From positions 3,880-67,879 of the forward strand of contig JAKPQA010000005.1 in the NCBI GenBank assembly GCA_029547025.1: 64,000 nucleotides of DNA, read 5' to 3'. Below the pieces are notes generated by a model that saw only the letters and a program-made list of their open reading frames with translations, was not told the origin of the DNA and ran no database searches. This DNA comes from Armatimonadota bacterium (GTDB lineage Bacteria; Armatimonadota; Zipacnadia; UBA1398; JAKPQA01). The first letter of the stretch is position 1. Each line of letters starts with the position of its first letter. Positions 18,535 to 28,275 of the stretch are shown here, piece after piece. The position numbers and the translations under genes are program-made.

Positions 18535-19292
18535 CCCGGGAGCAGCTGCACGACCTACTCGAGTCGGTGGCGGCGCGCGAGACGGGAGTGGACGACGCCC
18601 TCGAGCGCCTGGCGGCGTTGCCGTACATCGATCTGGGTCACACCAAGCTCGACACGCACCGGGCCCTGCGCAAGGGCTTCCCCGAGGTCGTCTACGCGCA
18701 GGGCAAGACGCCCCAGCAGGTGGCCCAGATCATGCAGCGGCTATCGGAGACGTCCGAGAGCCCGGTGCTGGCGACCCGGGCGTCGCACGAGGCCCATGAG
18801 GCCGTCCGGGCGGTCTGCGCGGAGGTCGAGTACCACGAGCTGGCGCGCGCCATCGTGGTCGGCCGCAGTCGGCTGAGGCGGAAACCCAACTACGAGTCGG
18901 CATACATTAGCGTGCTGTGCGCGGGCACGTCGGACATCCCGGTGGCAGACGAAGCGGCTCTCACGGCGGAGTTGCTTGGGAACCGCGTCGAGCGGGTGTA
19001 CGACGTGGGCGTGGCGGGCCTTCACCGGCTGATGGACCAGGTCGACCTCCTGCGGGCGAGCGCGTGTCTGGTGGTGGTGGCGGGCATGGAGGGCGCGCTG
19101 GCCAGCGTCGTTGGCGGGCTGGTGAACCGGCCGGTGGTTGCCGTGCCGACGAGTGTGGGTTACGGCGCTTCGTTCGGCGGCGTGGCAGCCCTGCTCTCGA
19201 TGCTGAACACGTGCGCCACGGGTGTGGCCGTCGTCAACATCGACAACGGCTTCGGCGCCGGGTTCTTCGCGAGCATGGTCAACGCCGGATAG
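18531..19292 (+). CDS. larB: nickel-pincer cofactor biosynthesis protein LarB (PurE-like NaAD carboxylase/hydrolase)
   Basis: 253-aa PurE-like core with the LarB-type layout (…VLCAGTSDIPVA…VVVAGMEGALASVVGG…AVPTSVGYGASFGG…). The length matches LarB. Confidence 0.65.
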   Translation: MTREQLHDLLESVAARETGVDDALERLAALPYIDLGHTKLDTHRALRKGFPEVVYAQGKTPQQVAQIMQRLSETSESPVLATRASHEAHEAVRAVCAEVEYHELARAIVVGRSRLRRKPNYESAYISVLCAGTSDIPVADEAALTAELLGNRVERVYDVGVAGLHRLMDQVDLLRASACLVVVAGMEGALASVVGGLVNRPVVAVPTSVGYGASFGGVAALLSMLNTCATGVAVVNIDNGFGAGFFASMVNAG

Positions 19293-19302
19293 GTGACCCC
19301 CG

Positions 19303-20712
19303 CTACTCCTGCCAGCGCGTGTGGAAGACTCCCTCGGCATCGATGCGCTCATAAGTGTGAGCGCCGAAGTAGTCGCGCTGGGCCTGGAGGAGATTGGCGG
19401 GCAGTCGTGAGCTGGTGTAGCCGTCGAAGTACGCCATCGAGGCGGACATGGCGGGCACGGGAATGCCGCACGCGACGGCCTGGGCGATGACCCTCCGCCA
19501 GCGGGAAGCGCGGCTGGCGACCTCCTCGCGGAAGCTGGGGCTGATGAGCAGGTTCGGTAGCTGCGGCTGAGCCTGGTAGGCTTCGCGGACCCGATCCAGG
19601 AACTGGGCGCGGATGATGCAGCCCGCCTTCCAGATGCGCGCCAGCTCAGCGAGCGGCATGTGATAGCCGAACTCCGACGAGGCGGCGGAGAGCAGCGCGA
19701 AGCCCTGGGCGTACGAGCAGATCTTCGCCGCGTACAGCGCGGCGCGAACGTCCTCGACGAACCGGTCGCCGAGACTCGTGGCTGGCTGAGGCTTGCCATA
19801 CACCTCCTCGGCCGCCACGCGCTCCGCCTTGAGTGCAGACAGCTGGCGCGCATCGACCGCGGCGGTGATGGTGGGGATGGGCACACCCAGGTCCAGGGCC
19901 ACCTGGGTGGTCCATCGGCCCGTGCCCTTCTGCTGCGCGCGGTCGGCGATGTGGTCGATGAGGACACCGTCGCCGCCCCGGTCATCGGGGAAACTGACGA
20001 TGCGTGCCGTGATCTCGATGAGGTACGACGAGAGCTCGCCGCGGTTCCACTCGTCGAACACGGCAGCCAGCTCGGGCGGTGTCAGGCCCAACCCCCGCCG
20101 TAGGAGGTCATACGCCTCGCAGATGAGCTGCATGTCACCGTATTCGATGCCGTTGTGGACCATCTTGGCGAAGTGGCCAGAGCCTCGGGGTCCCACATGG
20201 GTGACACAAGGGCCCGAGTCCGTCTGGGCGGCGATCTGCGAGAGGAGGCCCTCCAGTTCGGCATAGGCATCGGCCGCACAGCCGGGCATGAGGCTGGGTC
20301 CGTGCAGTGCGCCGACCTCGCCGCCGCTGACACCCATGCCAACGAAACGTAGGCCCAACTGGCCCAACTCATCGGCGTGCCGATCGGTGTCGCGGAAGTG
20401 GGCATTCCCGCCGTCCACGAGCATGTCACCGGGCTCAAGCAGGGGCACGAGCTGCTGGATGACGGCATCGGTGGGCCGCCCCGCCGGGACCATGAGGATG
20501 ATCCTTCGGGGGCGCTGGAGGTGCCCGACCAACTCGCGCAGCGTGGGTGCAACCAGGAAGTCATGCCCCTCGCCGTAGTGCTCCATGAACTCGAGGGCCG
20601 TCTCGTAGGTGCGGTTGTAGAGGCACACCCGCGACCCGTGGGCCTCGATGTTCCGGGCCAGGTTCGCGCCCATGACACCCAGGCCCACCAGGCCCACCGT
20701 CTGGCGCCCCAT
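19303..20712 (-). CDS. gnd: 6-phosphogluconate dehydrogenase, decarboxylating
   Basis: N-terminal NADP-binding GLVGLGVMGANLARN motif and a full-length 469-aa 6PGDH pattern. Confidence 0.9.
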   Translation of the reverse strand: MGRQTVGLVGLGVMGANLARNIEAHGSRVCLYNRTYETALEFMEHYGEGHDFLVAPTLRELVGHLQRPRRIILMVPAGRPTDAVIQQLVPLLEPGDMLVDGGNAHFRDTDRHADELGQLGLRFVGMGVSGGEVGALHGPSLMPGCAADAYAELEGLLSQIAAQTDSGPCVTHVGPRGSGHFAKMVHNGIEYGDMQLICEAYDLLRRGLGLTPPELAAVFDEWNRGELSSYLIEITARIVSFPDDRGGDGVLIDHIADRAQQKGTGRWTTQVALDLGVPIPTITAAVDARQLSALKAERVAAEEVYGKPQPATSLGDRFVEDVRAALYAAKICSYAQGFALLSAASSEFGYHMPLAELARIWKAGCIIRAQFLDRVREAYQAQPQLPNLLISPSFREEVASRASRWRRVIAQAVACGIPVPAMSASMAYFDGYTSSRLPANLLQAQRDYFGAHTYERIDAEGVFHTRWQE

Positions 20713-20717
20713 GGTGG

Positions 20718-21497
20718 CTACCCCCTCTGCTTGGCGTGGGCCCCGGTTGTCGCGGAACCCAATCGCGTGTCCCGGGCAGCCGAAGGGTCGGCGTACCAGG
20801 TCACATGGTTCCAGGCCACGAGCCGGCCGATGGGCAGCGACTCGCCCCCGCCGCTCAGTACCCGGGCCAACTGCTTGGCCTTATGCTCACCCATCACCAG
20901 AACCCAGACCTGGCGCGCGGCTCGGAGCACCGGGAAGGTGACCGTGAGCCTCCAGACTCCCAGTGCCTCCACCCAGTTGGCGACATACCATCGGTCCTCG
21001 GTCTCGAGCGCGGTGCTCCCCGGGAACAGCGAGGCGGTGTGGCCATCCTCGCCCATGCCCAGCAGGACCAGATCGAGCACCGGTATGCCGTCGGGCGTGT
21101 GCGGCAGGCGCTCCGCAAGCAACCCGCTGTACTGGTCGGCGGCCGACCTGGGGTCCGGGTGCTCAGCCACGGGGCGGTGCCGGTTCCCGGGCGGGATGGG
21201 CACACGCGCGAGCAGCGCCTCACAGACCATGCGCCAGTTGCTCTCCAGGTGGTCGGGCGGAACGGCGCGCTCGTCTCCGAGGAATACCTCGATGTGCGAC
21301 CACGGCACCTGATCGCGAAAGGGGGCGGACGAGAGGCGACCGTACAAAGCCCGGGGCGTTCGGCCACCCGCTAACGCAACCGCGAAGCGCTGGCGATGGG
21401 CGACAGCCGCCTGGCATGCCGCGGCGAAATCGGTCGCCACCCGGTCCATGCAATCTGGAGCCACGATGAGACGAATCGGATCCTGACCTCCCGGCAC
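20718..21497 (-). CDS. pgl: 6-phosphogluconolactonase
   Basis: 6PGL motifs (ALAGGRTP, LLGMGEDGHTASLFPG). Start trimmed to the GTG at 21497, preceded by an AAGGGAGG Shine-Dalgarno. The 5' portion of the ORF is a frame artefact. Confidence 0.8.
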   Translation of the reverse strand: MPGGQDPIRLIVAPDCMDRVATDFAAACQAAVAHRQRFAVALAGGRTPRALYGRLSSAPFRDQVPWSHIEVFLGDERAVPPDHLESNWRMVCEALLARVPIPPGNRHRPVAEHPDPRSAADQYSGLLAERLPHTPDGIPVLDLVLLGMGEDGHTASLFPGSTALETEDRWYVANWVEALGVWRLTVTFPVLRAARQVWVLVMGEHKAKQLARVLSGGGESLPIGRLVAWNHVTWYADPSAARDTRLGSATTGAHAKQRG

Positions 21498-21591
21498 CCG
21501 GGCCTCCCTTCGCGTCAGATAGGGCGCACGGAGCGCAGACCGTCTTTCGACACGTGCCGCCGTGGACCCTCCGCGAGTGTCAGGTGTCGAC

Positions 21592-23187
21592 TCAGGGCTC
21601 GCGGGTGTTCCTCCAGTGGCCGCCGAGCCCGTCGAACAGACGGTCGGCAGCCGACGGGCCCCAGCTCCCGGCAGCATAGTTGGGGAAGTCCCGAGGGGGA
21701 ACGGCGCCCCAGTAGTCCAAGAGGGGTGTCAGGAAGGCCCAGGCCCGCTCGATCTCGGTCGAGTGCGTGAACAGAGTCTGATCCCCTCGGATCACATCCA
21801 CCAGCAGCCGCTCGTAAGCATCCGGCAGCGCCTGGGGGAAAGCATCGCGATAGTAGAAGCGCGACGTGACCCGGTGGAGATCCATGTTCATGCCAGGTCG
21901 CTTCACCATCAGGTCCATCAGCACACCCTCGTCGGGCTGTATGCGGAAGATGATCAAGTTCGGTTCCATGGCGGCAAGCCGGCACACGTCGCCCACGCAG
22001 CGAACCGTCCGGAACAGCTGGGTGGGTGGACGACGGAAGACGACGACGATCTCGGTGCGGCGTACGGGCATGCGCTTGCCCGTTCTCAGGAGGAATGGTA
22101 CCCCCGCCCACCGCCAGTTCTCGATGTACACGCGCATCGCCGCGTAGGTCTCCGTGTTGGAGTTGGCGGCGATGCGGTCCTCATCGCGGTACGCACGGCC
22201 CAGAGGGCCCTCGCCGTACTGGCCCCGGACCGCCCACCCGAAGCCCGCGTCCTCGGCGCATAGCGCCTGCAGGACCTTGACCTTCTCGGCCCGGATTTCC
22301 TCGGCACCGCAGACCGAAGGGGGTTCCATGGCCACCAGGCAGAGGAGCTGTAGCACATGGTTCTGGACGACGTCCCGAAGCGCGCCCGTCTGGTCATAGA
22401 AGGCGCCCCGGGCGCCCTCGATGCCCTGATCCTCGGCAACCGTGACTTGCACGTGGTCGACGTAGCGGCGGTTGAAGATGGGCTCGAACAGCCCATTGCC
22501 GAAGCGGAACGCCAGCAGGTTCTGGACCGTGTCCTTCCCGAGGTAATGATCGATGCGGCAGATCTGCGACTCGGCCAGGCACTGACTGAGTTGGCGGTTC
22601 AGAGCCTGGGCGCTCTGGAGGTCGTGCCCGAAGGGCTTCTCAAAGACCACCCGGGACCACGGCTCGCCTCCCGGCTCGTAGAGCAGCCCAGCCTCGCGCA
22701 GATTGTGGGTGACCATCGAGAAGAACGCCGGTGCCGTGGCCAGGTAGGCAACGCGATTGCGCGGGAAGGTGCGCCCTCGGCTCGGAGTCTCGAGGAACTC
22801 CCTGAGCGCGGTGTAGTCCGATGGAACCTCAAACTCGAGCGGCTGGTAGTGAACTCGCCGCAGGAAGAGCGCCAGGTCCGCTTCGGCGATCGGCTGCGTC
22901 CGCGCGTGGGCCCGGATGGCGGCGGCCATCTCAGCCCGAAAGCCCTCGGTGCTCTTCACACGACGCGCGGCACCCACGACGGCTGTCTCGGGCGCCAGGT
23001 ACCCGGCACGGGACAACTCGAACAGCGCGGGGACCACCTTCCGGCTCGTGAGATCCCCCGTCGCCCCGAAGATGATAACCGTCGCCGACGGCTCAGGTCC
23101 CAGAGGGCCGTCGCGGAACGGTGCGCTGGTGTCATCGACGTCCACCAATATGTCGCCCGGAACGGTCACGGCGTCTCCCCCTCCCAC
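21592..23187 (-). CDS. zwf: glucose-6-phosphate 1-dehydrogenase
   Basis: A GATGDL dinucleotide-binding motif and full-length G6PD-like sequence. It forms the operon zwf-pgl-gnd on the minus strand. The exact start is uncertain. Confidence 0.85.
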   Translation of the reverse strand: MGGGDAVTVPGDILVDVDDTSAPFRDGPLGPEPSATVIIFGATGDLTSRKVVPALFELSRAGYLAPETAVVGAARRVKSTEGFRAEMAAAIRAHARTQPIAEADLALFLRRVHYQPLEFEVPSDYTALREFLETPSRGRTFPRNRVAYLATAPAFFSMVTHNLREAGLLYEPGGEPWSRVVFEKPFGHDLQSAQALNRQLSQCLAESQICRIDHYLGKDTVQNLLAFRFGNGLFEPIFNRRYVDHVQVTVAEDQGIEGARGAFYDQTGALRDVVQNHVLQLLCLVAMEPPSVCGAEEIRAEKVKVLQALCAEDAGFGWAVRGQYGEGPLGRAYRDEDRIAANSNTETYAAMRVYIENWRWAGVPFLLRTGKRMPVRRTEIVVVFRRPPTQLFRTVRCVGDVCRLAAMEPNLIIFRIQPDEGVLMDLMVKRPGMNMDLHRVTSRFYYRDAFPQALPDAYERLLVDVIRGDQTLFTHSTEIERAWAFLTPLLDYWGAVPPRDFPNYAAGSWGPSAADRLFDGLGGHWRNTREP

Positions 23188-23264
23188 CCGCCACGATGCG
23201 ACGCTTGTTCGCCAGTCTGTCGACGGGAGCCCTGCGTGTCATTGGCGGTAACATAGGGCCCTTG

Positions 23265-23495
23265 GCCGGGCGGCTGGGTCTCGCGACGGTCGCGCGGAAC
23301 GCCCGCCTGGTCTTTCGGAGAGGCCGCACAGGGGTGCGCCCCGAGGGCGCGGGGCCCCTGACCGGCCCGAGGTTGAGGCGTGCGGATCGGGCGCGTTGGG
23401 GGCCCACCACGCTGGGAGAACGCGTGGTCCCCCCCCATGGCGCCCCTCCGCAACCAGGCTGATGGGCCACGGGAGCCCTCAGTTACCGCCAATGG
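23265..23495. repeat. ~230-bp GC-rich noncoding repeat element, copy 1 (second copy at 34826..35058, ~95% identical, same orientation)
   Basis: Direct alignment of the two stretches gives about six substitutions and one indel. Two substitutions fall in the loops of short perfect hairpins (CGCGA-NGG-TCGCG; GCGCCC-NGA-GGGCGC). The flanks are unrelated, and no reading frame is conserved through both copies. Confidence 0.6.
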
Positions 23496-23554
23496 CCCTG
23501 CTTGTCCCCGTAGCCGACCGGAGGTATGGCCGGGCCGCAAAGGAAAGGCTTAGT

Positions 23555-24805
23555 ATGCTCGAGTCATCCGCTCCCGCAGTTTCGCTGCGGGATCTGTTTC
23601 CCGCGAGGCAGGCTGCCACCGACCCGCTCGAGGTCCGCGTGGTGTCGGAACGGCTGCGGCGTCGGACGCGCAGACGGCTGCTCCTGAGGGAAGTGCGGTT
23701 CGACTCTCACGAATGGCAGCAGGGCACGGTCCGCATCGCGGCATTTGTGGCAGTGCCCCTCGGGTTGGGTCCCGTACCCGCCATGGTGGTCGGCGCCGGT
23801 GACCTGAAGCGTGCGGCCGACTTCGCCGCACGGCATCAGATCGGCTGTCTGTGCTTCGACCGGCCCGGGACCGGTGCCAGCACGGGACCGGCGGACGAGT
23901 ACGCCAACTGGATCCACTTCGACCACCCCCGCGAGGGGTGGATGTGGCACTACGTCTACGCCGCGCTGCGCGCTCTGACCTACCTGCAGTCGTTGCCCGA
24001 GGTCGACCCAACGCGGCTGGGCATCACCGGCTACTCGCGCGGGGGCACCATGGCCTACATCGCCAACGGTGTCGACCCCCGGATATGCGTCTCGGTGCCC
24101 CAGGCGTCCGCCGGCGGTATCCTGGGGGCCGTGGATGTCGGGGGCTGGGCGGCGAGCCTCCACCGCGATGCTGCAGGCCGGCCGTACGTCCCCGAAGCCT
24201 TCTACGAGTTCGCGAGATACTACGACCCGGCGCTGTATGCGGACATGCAAAACGGCCTCGTCATGCCCATCATCGGCGCGCAGGACGAGTTCTTCCCCCT
24301 GGAAACGGTGGCGGGCACGGTTCGAGCCATGTCGCCTCGCTGTCGGCTGGAGCTCATTGCGAACTGGGACCATGCTTACTTCGCGGGTGGGAATGCGGAT
24401 GTTGACGCCTTCGATAACCGGCGAGCGTTCCGGACGCGAACGCGCCGTTGGCTGGCGGCCGCTACCCGCTGTCTGCGTGAAGGCGGGAACACCATCCCAC
24501 CCATGCCGGTGCTGCAGGTGGACGAGCGGGGCCAGGAACTGCATTGGGAGATCACGGCCGCCCACCACGAAGACATGGTGCGGGGGAGGCTCTGGTACTC
24601 GACCGACGGCGCGTACACCTTCGCGGCGACGCGGGCAGTTCGTTGTGCGGCCGGCTTCGTGACGCGGCTGCGTCTCTCACGCGATGTCGCGGCTGGTCTG
24701 GCTGCCTTTGCCGAGGTCGAGTACCGCCAGGGCCCGCTGATCTCCTCGCTCCCGTACCTCGGGCCGGCTTTTTGCCAGCGGCTCCGACCGTTCCCTGAGC
24801 AGTGA
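23555..24805 (+). CDS. alpha/beta-hydrolase fold esterase/peptidase-like protein (dienelactone hydrolase / acetyl-esterase-like)
   Basis: A GYSRGG nucleophile elbow. Start trimmed to the ATG at 23555, which follows an in-frame TAG and an AGGAAAGG Shine-Dalgarno. Confidence 0.55.
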   Translation: MLESSAPAVSLRDLFPARQAATDPLEVRVVSERLRRRTRRRLLLREVRFDSHEWQQGTVRIAAFVAVPLGLGPVPAMVVGAGDLKRAADFAARHQIGCLCFDRPGTGASTGPADEYANWIHFDHPREGWMWHYVYAALRALTYLQSLPEVDPTRLGITGYSRGGTMAYIANGVDPRICVSVPQASAGGILGAVDVGGWAASLHRDAAGRPYVPEAFYEFARYYDPALYADMQNGLVMPIIGAQDEFFPLETVAGTVRAMSPRCRLELIANWDHAYFAGGNADVDAFDNRRAFRTRTRRWLAAATRCLREGGNTIPPMPVLQVDERGQELHWEITAAHHEDMVRGRLWYSTDGAYTFAATRAVRCAAGFVTRLRLSRDVAAGLAAFAEVEYRQGPLISSLPYLGPAFCQRLRPFPEQ

Positions 24806-24815
24806 CGCGCAGGGC

Positions 24816-25832
24816 CTAGCGGGAGGCCACGGGCCGGACACCCGTGTCCCCCTCCGGCGTGATGCGGGACACGACACCGGACGCCAGGTCCACCACATTC
24901 ACGGAGTAGCTGGCCGCATAGACGCCCTCGAAGGCGAGCCATCGTCCGTCCGAGGTGAACGCGGGCCACCCGATGATGTGGAAGCCGGTGACATCGAGCC
25001 GCGCCGCCCCGGAGCCATCCGCGCGCGCCAGACTGATCCACGTGTCGTGGTACGCCGTGCTCGTCGTGTAGGCGACGCGGCTGCCGTCCGGAGACACGCT
25101 CACGGCCGAGAAGGGGTAGCCCTTGTCCGCCACCAGGGCCGGGGCACCGCCGTCCAGCGGAAACCGGGCCAACCCGCGTGCGGTCCCGCCGATGTCGCAG
25201 CCATCGAAGCATGCATAGATCGCGTCGCCATCCGGGGAGTAGCACGGCGCCGAGTAGAGCGCCGACTCGGTGCTGAGAGTCCGCACCGGGCCGCCATCCA
25301 CCGGTACGAGCACGAGGTCGCCCGGGTCACCCAGGTGCTCCGAGGCGAACACGGCGACGGTGTCTGCCGTGGGGCTCACGGCCGGAGCGCCGTGGAAGCG
25401 CGTGGCCTCGGACAGCCGCCGCTGCTGCCGCGTGGCGACGTCCACGAGCACCAACACCGTGCGGTCGGGCCCGGACAGACAGACCAGGTGCCCCTCATCG
25501 ACGAACGCGGGCGCCGACTCCCATTCGTCGGGCGTGCGGGTGACATTGAGCCGTTCCGAACCGTCAGGCCGGCAGACGTAGATGTCAGATGACGACCCAT
25601 CGACGGCCTCGAAGGCAAGCCGACCGGCCGGCGACCAGGCTGGAGCTCGTGCCGCGTGCAGATCGGCACTCACATTGACCGGGTCGTTCGGCCGGCCGAG
25701 GTCGCGAACCATGATCCGCGACGCGGGCGATCCCGAGTGCACGGGCACGCCGCCGACATAGGCGACGTAGGGCTCTGCCGCAGCCGGCAATGCGCCGAGG
25801 AGTACCAGAAGCCAAGCGGTTCGCAACGCCAT
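24816..25832 (-). CDS. periplasmic TolB-like (PD40/WD40-like) beta-propeller protein
   Basis: Signal peptide MALRTAWLLVLLGALPAAA followed by repeated xSPDG propeller blades. Start trimmed to the ATG at 25832, which has a GGAGG Shine-Dalgarno. Confidence 0.6.
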   Translation of the reverse strand: MALRTAWLLVLLGALPAAAEPYVAYVGGVPVHSGSPASRIMVRDLGRPNDPVNVSADLHAARAPAWSPAGRLAFEAVDGSSSDIYVCRPDGSERLNVTRTPDEWESAPAFVDEGHLVCLSGPDRTVLVLVDVATRQQRRLSEATRFHGAPAVSPTADTVAVFASEHLGDPGDLVLVPVDGGPVRTLSTESALYSAPCYSPDGDAIYACFDGCDIGGTARGLARFPLDGGAPALVADKGYPFSAVSVSPDGSRVAYTTSTAYHDTWISLARADGSGAARLDVTGFHIIGWPAFTSDGRWLAFEGVYAASYSVNVVDLASGVVSRITPEGDTGVRPVASR

Positions 25833-25891
25833 GGGGGCCTCCGTTCCAGCGAGGAATGCCGTACGTGTCCACCACCGAGGCAGGCATACTC

Positions 25892-28201
25892 CTACAGCGG
25901 CAGGTTCCCATACTTGGGCTTGGGCGAGGCCTCCCACTGCTTGAGGGCATCATCGGCTCGGCCGGCGGCCAGGTAGGCCAGCCCGAGTGCGTCTTTCGTC
26001 GCCGGCGAGCCCGAGAGCTGGACTGAACGCTCGAGAGCCGCGACTGCTTCCGGCCAGCGCTTCTCCTTCAGCCGCACGAAACCCAGCAACGCGAGGCTGT
26101 CCGCCGTCTCCTGCCCGGGCGCCACGAGTGGCTCGATGGCCTGGTCTGCCGTAGCCCAGTCGCTGTTCCAGACGGCCACGGTGACGAGCAGCTCTACCAG
26201 GCTGGGCGGCAAGGGCTGGTGCGTTGCGCAGAACTCCCGCACCTCCTTGAGGATGGCCGCACGCGCCTCGTCCGGTGTCGGGGCACCCTCGCCGGTCAGG
26301 AACACATCTGGCCGCGTCGTGTCATAGATGACGCCGATCGCCTGCCGGGTCTTGCCGTCCGCCACCGACTGGTACAGCCACTGACGCCCCTCCGGTGCTT
26401 TGCCCTGTAGGATGAGGCACAGCCCGATGTCCTGGCGCACGGGCGCCATGGCCACCGGGTTCTCCTTGAGCAGTTGCTGGAAGATCTGGCCCGCCTCGGC
26501 GGCGGCCGCCTTGACGGCATCCGCGTCCGCAAAGCCCAGCGAGCTGGCGCCCTGGGAGCCCGACAGAGTCGCAGCGAACGCATGGATCATCAGAAGCCGG
26601 GCGAGCCCGTACCGTGCCGCCCGGTCTTCAGGGTTGGCGCTGCGAGTCCGCAAGCCGGCCATGACCCGCGGATCGGCCAGTGCCGTGGTGATCGGAGTCC
26701 GCGGCTCGGTATCGAAGCCCGCATACGAGTTGAGGGGGTTGAGGGCGTTGAGCAAGAAGGCCAACCGTCTGAACTCGTCGAGCTGGGCGCACACGCCGGC
26801 GGGGTCCAGGCCGCGAAGGTACCGCAGCGCTGCCGTGACTGCGCGGACGTAGTCGTGGCCGGGCTCGGTGGCCAAGAGCTTCGTTGGGTCAGGCGACGCG
26901 TTCAGGTACTCCACGGCCCACTCGAGCGGCGCCCCATCGGGCACCGGCTCAGCGCCCGGCGCACCGGCCGCCAGTGCAGCCGCGTGTTGGGCCAGGCGGC
27001 ACACACGGGCCTCCACGAGCACGGCCAGGCCCCGCACAGTTGGGTCGGGTGCGTCGAGCAGCGGCGCGGCCACCTCATAGGCCTGGTCCCAACGCTGGGC
27101 GAGGACAAGCAGTCGCGCATAGGCCGCACGATCGGCCGGCGGGCTCTCGGGCGTGATCGACGCCGCGCACGAGTCGGCCGCACGACCGGCCGCCGAGGCG
27201 GCCCGGGCCCCGGGGGAGGCTCGGAAGTAGGATACCGCCAAGTTCAGCGCCGCATTGAGATCGGTCGGCGCCCGGGTGAACGCCTCCTCCGCTCGCTCGA
27301 TGTCCTCCGCGGCCAATGGCAGCTCCAGCGCCCAGTTCTCGGCCGGAACCGGCTTGGCGGTGCATACGGCATCCACGGCCTTCTGGACGTCGACGAACCC
27401 GACGGTCTCCCGGTTGGGATGCGGCCAGGCCAGGCACGTGCCCTGGATCGCCAGGGTGATCTTCGAGATGTCCTCGCCCACCACGGGGGGAGGGATATCC
27501 ACCTGGGCGAACAACCCTGAGTCCCGCAGTCGCCGCGCCAGACTGGAGACCAGCGATCGGCTGAAGATGGTGCCAGGCTGGACCGCCAACCAGGCCTGGA
27601 GGGCCTCGGTGTTGACCGTCACGGGCGGAGCGACATGGAGTGCCAGTGACCCGATACGGGCCTCGACGATGGTCAGAACCAACCGGCCCTGCTCATCGAT
27701 GCGCCCGCTGGACACGATGGCCTCATATCCCGCGCTGGTGTAGGCTTCGATGATGCGATCGACCGCGCGGTTGGCGAGCACGGAGTTGTAGATCTCGCCC
27801 TCCACGAGAAGGTCGCCCACGGCTGCCTTCAGCTGGTCTGTCGTGATGATCTGGTTGCCTTCGAACATCACGGCCGTGAGGCGGGGGTTCTCGGTGAGCT
27901 GGAAGACGATCTTCACGCCGCCCTCGACCTCGGTCACATTCACGCGCGTCCGCTCCGGGTCGGGGTTGAACACGCCGAGGGCCAGGATGGCCGCCATGTC
28001 GGCCTCGAGCTGCTCGGGCTTCAGGACCGCTCCCTGGGTCGTGCGAACTGCGGGTCTGAGCGCCTCGAGCTTCACGGTCTGCAGCCCCTGGAACTCGACC
28101 GAGACCACACGCCGCTCAACCGGCTGCTGGCTCTGAGTGGGCACAGGGAGCAAGACCTGCAGGAGCACTACCACACCGGCCATGCGCCGGGCGTGTACCA
28201 T
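25892..28201 (-). CDS. POTRA-domain protein with a long TPR-like alpha-helical C-terminal region
   Basis: Signal peptide, then three POTRA-like repeats (VxVEFxGLQTV..., MFEGNQIITTDQL...). The rest is helical and TPR-like. No C-terminal beta-barrel signature or terminal aromatic residue is present. Confidence 0.5.
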   Translation of the reverse strand: MVHARRMAGVVVLLQVLLPVPTQSQQPVERRVVSVEFQGLQTVKLEALRPAVRTTQGAVLKPEQLEADMAAILALGVFNPDPERTRVNVTEVEGGVKIVFQLTENPRLTAVMFEGNQIITTDQLKAAVGDLLVEGEIYNSVLANRAVDRIIEAYTSAGYEAIVSSGRIDEQGRLVLTIVEARIGSLALHVAPPVTVNTEALQAWLAVQPGTIFSRSLVSSLARRLRDSGLFAQVDIPPPVVGEDISKITLAIQGTCLAWPHPNRETVGFVDVQKAVDAVCTAKPVPAENWALELPLAAEDIERAEEAFTRAPTDLNAALNLAVSYFRASPGARAASAAGRAADSCAASITPESPPADRAAYARLLVLAQRWDQAYEVAAPLLDAPDPTVRGLAVLVEARVCRLAQHAAALAAGAPGAEPVPDGAPLEWAVEYLNASPDPTKLLATEPGHDYVRAVTAALRYLRGLDPAGVCAQLDEFRRLAFLLNALNPLNSYAGFDTEPRTPITTALADPRVMAGLRTRSANPEDRAARYGLARLLMIHAFAATLSGSQGASSLGFADADAVKAAAAEAGQIFQQLLKENPVAMAPVRQDIGLCLILQGKAPEGRQWLYQSVADGKTRQAIGVIYDTTRPDVFLTGEGAPTPDEARAAILKEVREFCATHQPLPPSLVELLVTVAVWNSDWATADQAIEPLVAPGQETADSLALLGFVRLKEKRWPEAVAALERSVQLSGSPATKDALGLAYLAAGRADDALKQWEASPKPKYGNLPL

Positions 28202-28275
28202 AAGAGGACCTCACTTAGCCGTCAGCGGGGCCCACGCCGGGCCCCCAGGAGTCCACTACTCGCCTTTAGACACAC

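Noticed and set aside
23265-23495. Repeat element interpreted as an IS or transposon
   Set aside because: No transposase ORF, no clear terminal inverted repeats, and at ~230 bp it is too short. It is kept as a noncoding repeat of unknown nature.
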